Made by a program: the position numbers and the translations under genes
Part shown: positions 34,915 to 47,520 of the stretch, one piece after another
Layout: the number at the start of each line of letters is the position of its first letter
Numbering within the stretch: the first letter of the stretch is position 1
The notes under the pieces: generated by a model
Told to the model about the DNA's origin: nothing
The model's input: only the letters and a program-made list of their open reading frames with translations
Databases searched by the model: none
From: Haliotis cracherodii
Lineage: Eukaryota
NCBI RefSeq assembly: GCF_022045235.1
Contig: NW_027266270.1
Coordinates: forward strand, 4,278,001 to 4,342,000
DNA length: 64,000 nt
Direction: 5' to 3'

Positions 34915-35176
34915 ATTATGTCCGATGCAATACCCTATTTTGAAATGTAACACATGTTCACGGTTCTTTCATGTGAACAGTTGACTTACCTTTGCATGTG
35001 TTTGTGACAGATGTCACCGATGGGCCAGGATACTCTTATCTTTTCGCGAACACCTACAATACTATTTGATAGTGATTCATAAACACATGCGCATGATATA
35101 ATCAGAATCGTTCAATAAACTCTGCTTTCAGCAGATATTTCTTAGGATTACGGAAATGGTTTGGTCGCATGTATTC
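34915..35176 (+). repeat. Unclassified dispersed repeat family D (other copies ~905-940, 28440-28512, 31195-31380, 33648-33712, 34015-34200 on +; 42585-42800 on -)
   Basis: Recurring blocks TGTCCGAT.CAATA.CCCTATTTTGA, GAACA.TTGACTT.CCTTTGCATGTG, ACTATTTGATAGTGATTCATAAACACATG and ACTCTGCTTT..A.AGA.AT...ATGGAAAGG.TTT.TC. Confidence 0.75.
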
Positions 35177-35177
35177 C

Positions 35178-35777
35178 TTGTGTTGGTAAATCGAGGGCAT
35201 GTATGCCCTAGTGATCATTGTGTTGGTATATCGAGGGCATATATGCCCTAGTGATCATTGTGTTGGTATATCGAGGGCATATATGCCCTAGTGATCATTG
35301 TGTTGGTATATCGAGGGCATGTATGCCCTAGTGATCATTGTGTTGGTATATCGAGAGCATGTATGCCCTAGTGATCATTGTGTTGGTATATCGAGGGCAT
35401 GTATGCCCCAGTGATCATTGTGTTGGTATATCGAGGGCATGTATGCCCTAGTGATCATTGTGTTGGTAAATCGAGGGCATGTATGCCCTAGTGATCATTG
35501 TGTTGGTATATCGAGGGCATGTATGCCCCAGTGATCATTGTGTTGGTGTACCGAGGGCATGTATGCCCTAGTGATCATTGTGTTGGTAAATCGAGGGCAT
35601 GTATGCCCTAGTGATCATTGTGTTGGTATATCGAGGGCATGTATGCCCTAGTGATCATTGTGTTGGTATTTCGAGGGCATGTATGCCCTAGTGATCATTG
35701 TGTTGGTTTATCGAGGGCATGTATGCCCCAGTGATCATTGTGTTGGTGTATCGAGGGCATGTATGCCCAAGTGATCA
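35178..35777. repeat. 40-bp palindromic minisatellite, 15 near-identical units
   Basis: Unit TGTGTTGGTATATCGAGGGCATGTATGCCCTAGTGATCAT, containing AGGGCAT-RT-ATGCCCT and TGATCA palindromes. Confidence 0.97.
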
Positions 35778-36487
35778 AGAGACCCAATGGCCTATGGCTC
35801 AGAAACCCGTTGTCCAAAATCCTGCAAGGATCCGTCCCCACTGTTTATGCAAATGGACCATAATTTGACCTTAGGTTAACAAAACAAAAAATCCACTGGA
35901 CATTGGGAAACAAATGTTTTATGACTGGAAAGGAATTATTTGACGCTTACTTTCAGACAAAATAATGCATGTCTCGACAATTATTTTATCTCAAACCAAA
36001 ATACCTAGTGAGAATATTCGTCAAGGTTGACACGCCGTCTTATGACTGACTACTGACAAAGGCTGACATGCCTACCTATGATTGACCACTGGTCAAGGCT
36101 GCGTTATTGAAAACTGCCTTTGGAGGAGATATATATCAAAGAATACCACGTCTACAGTAAAATCGGGTGTGACTTTACCCGTTTTGATGGCTGTCTGAAA
36201 CTGCCCTTCAACAGACTACTGGAGGCTGCCGTGATTGGTGTCCATGACTCCATTGGTGATTTGGGAAACGACATCAATTATTGTCTGCCAGACCCTATCC
36301 CGCCGTCGCTGCAATTACATCAGTGCAATAGCAAAAGTAAATAGTATTATAAGGATAATGATAACGACCGATCTTTGTTATCACAGAAGAAAATTGACCC
36401 CGTTTATTTCAAAATTAAAATTGCTTATTTAATTCTGTAAACTAGTTAAAATATATCATTATGATTATGATTATGATTATGATAATC

Positions 36488-37300
36488 AGATTTTAAAAAA
36501 GGCTTGGGGTGATCCCGGCACAGTCAGGCTGGTTAGATACATCAGCTTAGGGCCCTTGCCCCCTCAACACGAAGCCCAGACAGTGAATGGGACTTCCCCC
36601 CAGGAAGCGCTGCCAAGTCAAACCCACCCACAACCTTTCGGAGAATCAGAAGAACTAATTCAAAACACTGCGGCCTTCTGTATAAACCATTTTGTCAGAA
36701 GGGCTGTACTCCTGGGTACTTTCCCAATGTCAGTCAACAGGTTGGGAGGTATCAAACCTAAGGCACCAAGAACAATGGGGAGTCGGACAACTTGGTATTT
36801 GAGATGCAGCCGTGATGGGAGGTCAGCATATTTGCCGTGTTTTTCCTGAATCTTGTCAATCACATTAGTGTCAAAACGGACAGAAAATTCGATAATAAAA
36901 TGATTTCATTGGATTTATCAAAAAGGACAGGATCAGGTTTGTTGGCCTGGACACGTCAATAGGCTGTATACGGGCCTATTCCAAAAAATTCTGTATTTAA
37001 TATTTTCCTTGACGCCCTCTACATATTCCGGGTCGTACCATGGATGGACCCATGTGTCAAAACCACAAGCATGGTGAAGACGGTTATAAAAAAGATCGGG
37101 CCACTCCATCATGTCGCTTTAGATACTGTGTTTGTGCCAAAGCTGGGCATCCACTGACAATGTGTTGGACAGTCTCATTAAATTCGTTGCATAATCTACA
37201 TTTACATTTTGATGCAAAATCACACATTGACGGTTTCGTGTGGGAAGCCTTCTGTTTCACTTTTCAGGCCAGTCGACCAAGCGAAGGACTCAATACGCCG
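36488..37300 (-). mobile_element. 3' fragment of an R4/Dong-like REL-endonuclease non-LTR retrotransposon
   Basis: Minus strand encodes SFAW.TGLKSETEGF, CRLCNEFNETVQHIVSGCPALAQTQYLKRHDGVA (CCHC plus RHD), ANKPD, EKHGKYADL, PIVLGALGLIP and IQKAAV. It is flanked by (ATGATT)n at ~36461-36483 and (TAG)n at 37303-37340. Confidence 0.9.
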
Positions 37301-37303
37301 TAC

Positions 37304-37339
<36 letters not shown>

Positions 37340-37397
37340 TAATGTAGTTACTAGTAGTTACAGCAGATACTGCATGTGTAATTACATTTTATGTTCC

Positions 37398-37550
37398 AGT
37401 GAGAGAGTATGGTTTTACGCCGCGTTTAGCAAGATCTCTACGATGGCGTGGGACACCTGAAACGCTCTTCACGCATTGTACCGATATGGAGAATCGAACC
37501 CGGGCCTTCGTCGTGGCAAGCGAACGCTACCACTAGGCTACCCCATAACC
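37398..37550 (-). mobile_element. SINE family A, diverged
   Basis: TTTTACGCCGC.TTTAGCAA..AATCGAACCCGGGCCTTCG.CGTG.C.AGCGAACGCT..CCACTAGGCTACCCC. Confidence 0.8.
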
Positions 37551-38016
37551 CCATTATCTCCCCGAAACAGAGTCAAACTGGTGATAATTAAGACCTTGTC
37601 TTGTCTATGCTGATGCGACTCCATCAACCCTTCACAGCCATACCATGTTACGCGCGCTTCTAATACAGACAGGCTGTGTGATGACTCATCCTTGTTAATG
37701 TTATTTTTTCCATTTCTGATACAATGACTGATACAATAACTTGTTTCAGTTTCTCTGGCAAAATTTATTTTTCAAAATAATGAATGCGTTTTACTTGATG
37801 TTTCGTGTGATGCCTTCTGGTGCTTATTATTTTTGCTTTCAAGCTCGAAAAAGTTGTTTTGACCAGGCCCTTAAAACTTAAGACGATGAAAGTAAATTGG
37901 GTTTTGCGCGTGGTGAGAGCAATTAAAGTATTCGAGTTTGGAACAGACAGATCATTGTTCGATAGATGGGGAGGTGAAATGGGGGTGAACGTCGCGTTCA
38001 AGATTATTGCGCTTTT

Positions 38017-38151
38017 GAGTGAGTGAGTGAGTGAGTGAGTGAGTGAGTGAGTGAGTGTTGGGGTTGAGGGTTGTCATGTGTCCCATGTGGGAATCGAAAA
38101 CGGGTCTTCGGGACGACGGGCAGACACTTTTACCACCAGGCTAATAACCGC
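38017..38151 (-). mobile_element. SINE family A fragment with expanded (GAGT)10 tail
   Basis: (GAGT)n followed by CCCATGTGGGAATCGAA..CGGGTCTTCGG..ACCACCAGGCTA. Confidence 0.7.
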
Positions 38152-38714
38152 CAATCAATCTTACCCTTATACACCCTCTATTACTATTACCACAGCAAAA
38201 TTCCAATTGTATTCTTTAAACGCCAGTAATGGGTGCTGACTGTTCCCTGGAATCCACAAGGGGTTCATACTGCAAGATGCACCTGTGCTTGGCGGAAGCC
38301 AATCCTCAAGTCACATTTATCCAGGGAAAAGTGGCAAATTCAATCAGTTTAAACCGGGGGAATTTGAAGAGAAAGAGGCTGTTTGGAAACGGAGAGGGTT
38401 AAAAGACAATACTTGAACGTTTCATGTACCTGGTAATGCTCACACTGTCTAAATGAGACAGGCAGGTTTCTGCCATGAAGACGCTGGCTCTGTCTTCCTC
38501 ATCTCATATAAATGCTACAGACTGTATATCTTGAAATTAACGCGAGCGTGAATTAAAAGCGAAAGAATTGAGTGGTATTTGCTCGCATTAATTAAACTTC
38601 GCTTTTATGGGTTAAGGTAAGGTTGGATTAAGGTAAGGATATGTATCATTCCACTGGGGAAGGGAATGCGTGGAGTCGCAGTAATATTCATATATATCAA
38701 ATGCTGACAGAGTG

Positions 38715-38935
38715 TATTATATCACGGCGTGTCAGCTTAATGTGGGAGGAAAGCCTTAGACGTTTACTACTTCGGCGAATCCCACGAGCACGGGTATGGT
38801 GCTGACAAACGTTGAAACATAATCGGGGCGAACCGGAATTCGAACCCACAATCATAGGTTTCTGGCGTACCCAAGGGACACAACTCTGCACAGCGAATCG
38901 CGGCGCCTTAGACGACTGGGCCATCCGTGCCCCTT
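38715..38935 (-). mobile_element. SINE family B, near full length
   Basis: Reverse complement of 43883-44120 with a short internal deletion. Confidence 0.9.
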
Positions 38936-39415
38936 AAAAATATCTAAAGATAGCCGTATTATATCGAAACACTGAACTGAACTGGCGCCTAGTCAGCACA
39001 CAAGGATTACATCTACATGTTTGTGTTATAAATATAAAAATTGTGAATATAACTTAATACAAAACTGCTGGTGGATAACTTATCTGTGGAAATGAATAAA
39101 ACAATTTCGGCACACTTTTACAACAATTCAAACATGGTGGGGGTCACGTGGTTGCAAATGCGTTTGTTACCGCAGTCTTCATTGAATCAATTTAGTTTTA
39201 CACAAAATTACCCAGCCACAGGTTGCGTTTTACAAACTGTTGCAGGAATGGAGGATAGCAAAATAGACATAGTCAAATTTAACAAAAGTTCTTTCAATTT
39301 TCAATTACACAAAAGACATTATGGTATACTGTTTTGCCCTTTATAGTGCAAGAGACTGAGATAATATACTCAAACATGATACTTCGCTCAACTATTTTTG
39401 TACAAGTAAGTGAGT

Positions 39416-39560
39416 ATTGTTTTACACCACTTTTAGCAATATTCCAGCAATATCACGGCGGGGGACACCAGAAATGGGCTTCACACATTGTACCCATGTC
39501 GGGAACCCGGGTCTTCGGCGTGACGAGCGAAAGCTTTAACCACTAGGCTACCCCACCGCT
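39416..39560 (-). mobile_element. SINE family A with 12-bp TSD
   Basis: AAGTAAGTGAGT at 39404-39415 and 39561-39572 flanks a near-consensus copy. Confidence 0.9.
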
Positions 39561-39591
39561 AAGTAAGTGAGTGATAATAATAGTAGTACTT

Positions 39592-39650
39592 ATAATACTA
39601 CAAATGCTTTTGCTGTACCGGTCCTTCCGTGTTCTTTTGGCGTTGTTAGT
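39592..39650 (+). pseudogene. Tiny R4/Dong-like RT-thumb fragment
   Basis: NAFAVPVLPCSFGVV resembles the INxxAVPVLxYSFG(I/V)I motif of this clade. It directly follows TAA/TAG microsatellite-like DNA. Confidence 0.5.
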
Positions 39651-40929
39651 CACTTAAACCCTCTTTGCTGCATTTTATATTTTAATCTATATTTATTCAT
39701 GATGATACTAACAACGATGATGGCAATAATGATGATAATCATTAATACACCATCATACAAACTTATTCTTTAAAACTTAATAAAAGCTATTTACTTTTTT
39801 GTTTCATTTTATGAACTCATCAACAATGTACTATATATATTCACACAATGAAGTTGTAACTTAATTACTACTTCCTGTATACGCTCCATATAAACAAATG
39901 CTAAGTTAAGCAGTCCGTTTAATGTTTGTTACAGCTTTAACATCAAATAACATATTACTCTACATATAACGTATGAACAGATAAATACAAGGATGAAAGA
40001 CGTACTTTTGCACACGAAGGCAAAGACACGTAATTAGCATACTAACGAAAACATTTGGAAGATAAATTATTTTTCTTTGGAAAGTTTGTAAAGAGTATTG
40101 ATAGTGCGCAGTGTCGTGTTGAAAAATAGCGTTGGTTGCATTGCAAGGTTTAAATGTCAAACTTCGTCTATGTTAACATTTGTTTAAGCTGTTGGTAATA
40201 GTTGTTTCACCATGCTAAATTGCTTCCGTGACAGTGAGGTGTGACAATCTATCAAACGTGTCATATTTGAAATAGGGAGCGACTTATTGCATGTCGTCAT
40301 TAGCCAACTGTTTTCAGGGTCACAATATCATGTCCAAGGTCAAACAATCCAGATTAGCCTAATTTCTAATTATATTGATCCCCAAAACACGTAAACGACA
40401 AAAACAAAAATTATTGATTAATCATGAACAATTGCTTAAACACAGCTCTAAAACAAAGCATCAAGTTTTCGGTAGATAATGAACCACTCCGTTTCTTATT
40501 TGAATGAAACAACAGCTTGTTATTGAAGGACATGTTTACAAGACGAATGGCGATTCTATCCTTCTGAGACGTTCCCAAGCTAGTTATGAAGTCTTGCCGG
40601 CACTTTCACAATCTAATATGAAAGTTTGTGTTATTTGATTTTTTCATCGCTTTTGTCTTTGTGATTCTCAAATCACGAGATGGTCGAACATCCTGCCAGG
40701 GATAAGTCCAGGCCGCTGCACTGACAATGAAATTAAGCGACCATCTTTGCAGCTTGCGTGCCCGGCTGATTGAACCGATGGCGCAGTCAAAATTCATACA
40801 CCGCTTGTCCGTGCAATGGCCCGATCAATGATCATTTAGAACATGACGATAATTGGTAGAAACTTCCACTTGCTGGCTAAACATGGGCTGTTGGAGCGGG
40901 CTTGGTGGACAAGGCTGACTAAACTGCTT

Positions 40930-41060
40930 TGCGAGCACATTTGCATATTGATAGAGTGTGTGGGAGGTCCAAAAGTATTGTTTAAACTTTGCCCACATCC
41001 ACTCATGGGTCACGTGACTTGTGGGATAAAAGACGCACCGTACATAGTTTCTTCCATTGA
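40930..41060 (+). promoter_or_regulatory. Candidate Pol II promoter of the FMRFamide precursor gene
   Basis: Octamer ATTTGCAT 40939-40946, palindromic E-box GTCACGTGAC 41009-41018, TATA variant GATAAAAG 41025-41032, and Inr-like CCATTG with its A at 41056, 31 nt downstream of the TATA-like box. Confidence 0.55.
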
Positions 41061-41144
41061 CTAACCCACAGTTCCGAGCGCACAGGGTATAGGGGCCGTA
41101 CGGACACACGCTAGACCACTACACACCAAGGATATTGAAAACAG
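41056..41144 (+). other. Candidate non-coding first exon (5' UTR) of the FMRFamide precursor gene
   Basis: ATG-free 89 nt ending in a perfect donor CAG|GTAAGT (41144/41145). The next recognisable exon on this strand starts at an acceptor and contains the ATG, so an upstream non-coding exon is required. Linking the two is inference. Confidence 0.55.
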
Positions 41145-43882
41145 GTAAGTCAACTATTTTATTCTGCAAGAAAAGTGAGGATGTCTACCACAAGACAAGG
41201 AGAAATTTATATTTGTTTCAATATGTGACATTTTATTATGTGAAGTTCATGAATAGGTATTTATGAATATTTGACGTGTAGCCAATAGCAACTAGTTATG
41301 TATGTAAATGCACATGTACTTGTTACGATGTGGACAAGACATAGCGCGAGCTTAACGATATATCAGTTGCAGATGAAGTATCAAATTTAATAATTGAACT
41401 ATTCAACACAGATTTATTTATGCAGCTGTAGAAATGGTTTAAAAGTTAATTAATGAAGACAAAAAGAATTTCAACCCAAATGTATAATAAAGTGTATTGG
41501 TTAAAAACTTTTTTCTTTAGTTCATATATATTGCCATTTTTCGAAACCAATTTCGACCCTGTTTAAAATTACAAGTATTACCATATTCGAACCATCCCCA
41601 TCGACATGACCAACAGACTCGTGTATGCATAGTTAGCGACTGTAAGTTTAATCCGTATAGCAGGTGTACGTCATGTAATGAAGGCGGGTATCAATTTCAC
41701 AGCGACACACGTCATGAATCAAACCTCGCTATCAATCCACAACCATTGATTCCTTCAGAACATGTGTAATTTAGCATCATGTGATAATTACACTGTGAAG
41801 ATAAGACTGACGACTTGCAGGCTGTTCTTCTTAACATTTTAACCAGATTCCAGCAACTAGATAATAGCGTCACGCGAAATGTCCTCAACAGTTTGAATCT
41901 TCCCGTGAGAGGTGAGACGGCAATGGCTTTCTGACGCCTGCGAGTTCTATATCAAGCACTCGGTAGACACAAGGGTATAGTTGAATTAGTTTGAAGAGCG
42001 ATGAAGAAAAGCGGCGAGAACGAGCTGGATGTCTTAAAAAGTGTCATTGACACACACCGTATATTCAGTCACTTGTCTGGTTGGAAGACGTTTGAAATCT
42101 GCAATTTTTTAAATGAATATTCGAACAATGCTCCATTTAAAGATAAGACAGTTAGCATTCTGAAGGGCTTTGCCGGAATATAAAATTTAATCTTGGTTTT
42201 TTAACTAAAAATATTTTATGGTCTGTGCTAACAAGGTACTGAACTTGGTTTTTGATATTTTGGGCATGCATTTCAAATTATATAGAAAAATATGTAATGT
42301 TTGCAATAAGACTACTCTAGATTACATCATAAGTTGAAATGTAAGAAAGCTCTAACTTATCCACTGAAATCGCGTCCCATCGCGTATGTCGAAACTATGA
42401 ACGGTGAAAACGTCAAATAACGGAGGTAATTGTCGTATCATTGGTGATTTCTTTGAGACAAGGCAGTAAAGGTACATGTAGAGAACTTGAGTATGCTATC
42501 AAATATATCTAACAGTCATGATGTATTGCCAAGGCTTTACAGACGTATCAATGAGGTTATGCGAAGTGGTGTATATTGTAAATAGAAATCTCTGCTAAAA
42601 GTCGAGTGTACGATTCCGACTATGTCATGTCTTTATGAATCACTATCGAATGGTGTTAGTACCAGATGTTCACGAAACAGTAAGCCGAACCTGCCCCACT
42701 GGTGGTACCCGTAACAAATACATGCAAAGGCAAGTCAAATGTTCATCTAAAAACAACGTGAACATATGGTACAAGTCAAAAAAGGGAATTGCATCAGTCC
42801 AATTTTGGTCACTGATGCGTCAGACTGCGAAATGTAAATCAGTCCGTTCTTATAAATTCAATCCCTTGCATATATCGGACTATGTTTTGTTCCGGGACAC
42901 GGTGAACCCTGTCATCTATGTATCGCAACTCGCTTTGCAGTGTCGCGCCACTTAGGCGTGCTTGAAACCATTAATCGAGGGTTCGAATTATGTGTCTAGA
43001 TTTGTCATGGCCATGTTCATATGTTTCACCAAAGTGGTAAATCTCTAGGACCTGCATCACTTCGGGCTTTCCTCACACACTGAGCTGACACGCCGTCACA
43101 TAACTGGAATACAGTTAAAAGCGGCATTAACCTCACTCACTCACACACTGATGTATCTACCACAATCTCATACTTTTACGCGCTCTCGCAGGCTCGACAG
43201 AAGACCAGTTTCATTTTCAGCTTAATCCAGAAGGTGAATAGGTAAAGATTACCGAACCTATCGCTGGTATAGAATACCAATTCAAAACCAAATTTGTAAT
43301 GAAAACATTGTCTTATAACTACGAACCCATTACAATCCCATTTTGACAGTATTTGTACAGAATTCTGTTTTGATATTTAAGGCCAAGAACAAATTAAGTG
43401 GGAACGTTAGGTAACGTTACTGACTCAATACATAGATATACATGAATGGAAAATGTCCCCATTCGTCGGAGATAAACTGTTTCGAATGGAGAGTAGACGA
43501 TATTGGTATCTAGAGGTTATGGAAGAAAGTGAAGCGTCGTCTGATTGTCAACACACCATTCTGACTCTCATTCATTTTAAAGAATACAAATAGTTATGGT
43601 TTCTATTGTTTCTATATTCTATGGTTTCTCGAGATCACGAAATTTACACTGTTGACAACCAGGACGCTTAATCGTATTCATTTACAAGCTGTATTGTACT
43701 GATATTTTCCGACTAACAAATACTGATATATAAACACACTTTTCATGACCTTTAGTCACCACTGTAGAAGAAATATTCAAAATAGTCTTTTAATTAACAA
43801 AGAACACTTCTTTTCGATATACAGCATGTTAGAATGTATATGTAACATAAAGATTATGTAATCTATAAAATACCTATTTATA

Positions 43883-44160
43883 AGGGGGTACGGGTGGCCC
43901 AGTCGTCTAAGGCGCCGCGATTCGCTGTACAGAGTTGCGTCCCTTGGGCACGCCAGAAACCTATGATTGTGGGTTCGAATCCCGGTTCGCCCCGATTATG
44001 TTTCTAGGTTTTTCAGCACCATACCCGTGCTCGTGGGTTTCACCGAAGTAGTAAACGTCTGAGACCTGCATCACTTCGGGCTTTCCTCCCACATTAAGCT
44101 GACACGCCACGATATGACTGGAATACTGTTAAAAGCGGCGTAAACCAAACTCACTCACTC
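43883..44160 (+). mobile_element. SINE family B, full length, tRNA-Leu-like head (other copies ~33560-33640, 33770-33850, 45520-45770, 47570-47670, 48235-48300 on -; 43030-43145, 54190-54420, 56625-56800 on +)
   Basis: A box TGGCCCAGTCG followed by TCTAAGGCGCC, B box GGTTCGAATCC, central TTCGGGCTTTCCTCCCACA, tail GGAATACTGTTAAAAGCGGCGTAAAC(ACTC)n. Imperfect TSD ACCTATTT..TAAGG on both sides. Confidence 0.92.
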
Positions 44161-44189
44161 ACCTATTTTTTAAGGACATTCACATAATA

Positions 44190-44340
44190 CCCTTTTCGTG
44201 AACATCTGGTGCTATCGCTGATGCTTAGTGATCCTTTCATGTGATTACCACCGCTAGTGTACCGTTTACCCCAACTGGAATCTGTTTCGGGGGATAATCG
44301 AGAATGGTCATTCTCTGGCGTTGACGTTTTATATTTACAA
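44190..44340 (+). repeat. Unclassified dispersed repeat family E (other copies ~800-906, 6880-7058, 16950-17128, 22208-22387, 52563-52593 on +; 44795-44950, 47328-47500 on -)
   Basis: Conserved end TGGAATCTGTTTC..GATAATCGAGA.TGGT.ATTCTCTGGCGTTGACGTTTTATATT in the longer copies. The 52563 copy keeps only the last ~30 nt and the 44795 copy lacks them. Confidence 0.8.
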
Positions 44341-47254
44341 CTTAAGTCAGTGAGTTATTTACAAGGACTCCGACTACTTTTACGAGTACAGTAGATGGAC
44401 TACTCTATTTGAGCATCTGGCTTGTCTAGCAGAGTTCCAGTAAATGCATCTCTTCCTTCTGTAACCAGATGAGCAGTACCACCGTCCTCATCCTCTCAAC
44501 TCACGTCGCTATTACTGTCACGTTAATTACCGCAATAAGATTATAAACCGTCTTGCGCCCAATACTCTGTCAAACATACTACCAGCGACACGACTGGTAC
44601 CACCTCCACAAGAACAGGGTAGTGTGGCGAGTATCTTAAGCCAACGGTGTCTTTCCACAGAGCGATCAGAACAACGACCCACTTTCAGTTTAGTTTCGAC
44701 TGTTTGTAATTATTCGTTATGATGACAGAGACAAGATTATGAGCCATATAATGCATTGACTAATGGTCGCGTTCTCCAAATATAAAGTCAGTGTCGATTA
44801 TCCCCCGAAACAGATTCCATTGGGCGTAAAATGAGAATTAACGGTGAAAAATATATGGATGGATCACTGAAAATCAGTGATGACACCAGGTGTTCGAAAG
44901 AGGGTAAGCATGTCTTGCCCTAACGGTAGCACCCGCCACTAACACAATTTGCATGAGAATATGTGTTTGTTTCTTTACACCGCACAGCGGTAGACCGCAA
45001 AGACGTCTTAGTGTTAACTGGCGCCAGTTGCGACAACGTCTTTCCATCTGTATTGAAGCAAACGGACACTTTCCACAAAATAAAAGATTTTCATAAACCT
45101 GTTATAGGGTTGGAAACCAGTCAAGGAAACTGTCTGAAACCGACATATGGCATGATCATATAACAAAGCACTAGGGAGCCGTTAATAAAATCTAGAACGG
45201 TTGATGTAACCCTTGATAAGTCTTATATTGAAGAACACATAAAATTTTGTTCTGAATAAATCATGTTACCTTTTTTGAAAACGGACAAATCCCAATTGCT
45301 TCAGAAGTTGTACGTGGATAATTTTAATAATTTAGACGACTACTTGAATTTTGCACGTAATGAAAGTCACGTATTTGGATATAAGGGACTAGTTAAGTAA
45401 ACGTAGTCCAAATTTATATTTGTTATTATAAGGAACAATAATGGTCACTAAATATCTCAATGCTTTGAATATATTTAATAATAATCATAAATAAAAATAT
45501 AATAAATATGACACAACCAGTGAGTAAGTGAATGAGTGAGTTGGCTTAACGACGCTTTGAATTGTACTTCATTTATATCATGGCGAGTCAGATTGATGTG
45601 GGAGGAAAGTCAGAAGTCAACAGGACTTAGACGTTTACCACTTTTATTAAGCCCGTGAGCATGGGTATGGTGCGGACGAAACTAGAAACATAATCAGGTC
45701 GAAACTTGGATTCGAACCCCCAATCATGTGTCTCTGACACGCACAAAATACGTAACTCTGAACAAAGAGACACAATCGGGAATGTACACTCACGAATATG
45801 TCCGTTTTTATTGATCACCTCAGTTTTTGAGACCCTATTGAGTAACTCTATCTCTTCACTGACGTAAATACCCCTCTCACAGTGCTTAGCTCAAATGTGG
45901 AAAGAGACCAGATGAAGAAGTATGACATTACCGATTCCACAGTGGAGGCATTTTCTACAGGTTCCTAAGGGTCTTCTTCAGATACATTGATTCTTTGATA
46001 ATTGAAGTAAATACGACTGATGACACTACTCCCCAAAAGACTATTCAATGTCAAACTGTAATTGGTGGAAACTAAAGGCTAAAAATCTAACCCAACACAA
46101 CTAATGACATTCACAAAAGTGTGTCAAATGTATGAACAGAAAAACAAGGCAGCTTGTCTCTAAGTCAAAACTCAACAATGTTGCTATTTTGTCCTGTCGC
46201 TGGAGGCGAATCTCTCTCGAACACAATCTGGCAGCGTAGGTAGACACAGAGGTCAGACTGTGTAATGCAATGCCTAATAGCATCGGTGTAGTAGCATTAG
46301 TGTATTAGCAGTGTTTACCAAACTTACCTCTAATCTTCACCATTCTACCTTCGGCATCGGCATCACTGTCACTTCCCTGCCAAGTTTTTACCAACCTAAT
46401 AGAGTTTTGGTAAGGTTGGAATCAGATTAAGGGTCCGTTAGAGGAATATGTCCTTATTTCTAGAAAACATCAGCATCTCTGGAGCCCCCCTAAGGCTATT
46501 GCATGGTGGAGATTGATTTAATGAACAAAACCCATAATGTTTTAAAATCTAACATCAGAAACTGTGCCAACCCAGTAGCCTGTCCATTTTGGTAGATTCT
46601 TCATCCGAGTTTGGTAAGAAAATTCAAAATAACTTGGTTATGTTCCGCGGAGGTATTTTCTTACACGGTTATTTGTCAAATAATAAAATGTACCAAGCCT
46701 GTGATTTCCCGTGTGGTGGAAAAGAGTTATGTCACGCGCTTTGACTGACTCGTTCAACAAAGGCCCAGTGGTATTTAAAGAACAGCAATGGTTTACTTTG
46801 GATCATTTCAAGGGTGTGGGTGTCAAGTATCAGTAACATCTGTCTCTCCTTACATGTCAATGCTTTAGCTGTCTTCACAGTTTGATACAAAAATAGGAAC
46901 ATGTTTTATCAGTAACGTGCACATGATCATGGCGAATTGGTATCCAATGCGTATAAGAACAACATATGGAAAAGTGCTTCCTTAACACTTGCCTGCAATC
47001 CTTCTCTCTGAAGGCTTCGGGTTAAAATCTCACTTACATCTAACGACTCACTAGAATATACGATGTTTTGGAGATTTAATGTTATTAAATGAATGAAAAA
47101 CAAAAGTTTACAACTTTACAGCGGGGTAACTTAAACCTTAGAACTACAATGGATGAAGGCATCTGCTGCTTTACTGGTCTAGTGGGTAGAGCGTCAGAAC
47201 GGAGAGCGGAAGGTCTGTTGTCGGCTCGGAGTCTACGCAGATACATTCTCTCTC

Positions 47255-47255
47255 A

Positions 47256-47295
<40 letters not shown>

Positions 47296-47520
47296 CACAC
47301 ACACGAAATCACGCACGAATGCGACGTTAGATATAAAACGTCAACGCCAGAGAATAAGCAGCCTCAATCATTCGAAGAAACAGATTCCATCGAGCGTAAG
47401 AGGAGAAATAGCAGTGAAGCGCTAAAAATCAGTGGTGAAACCGAGTGTTTCCGAAAAGGGTAAGCGTGCCCTGGTCTACGGGTACACTCCAATTAACACA
47501 CACACACACACACGCACGCA

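Noticed and set aside
35178-35777. CRISPR-like array (palindromic repeats at fixed period)
   Set aside because: No unique spacers, units are contiguous and near identical, no cas genes, and the context is eukaryotic.
43883-43993. tRNA gene (also at SINE A heads)
   Set aside because: A/B boxes are present but there is no canonical cloverleaf or anticodon arm, and each is fused to a SINE body and tail with TSDs.
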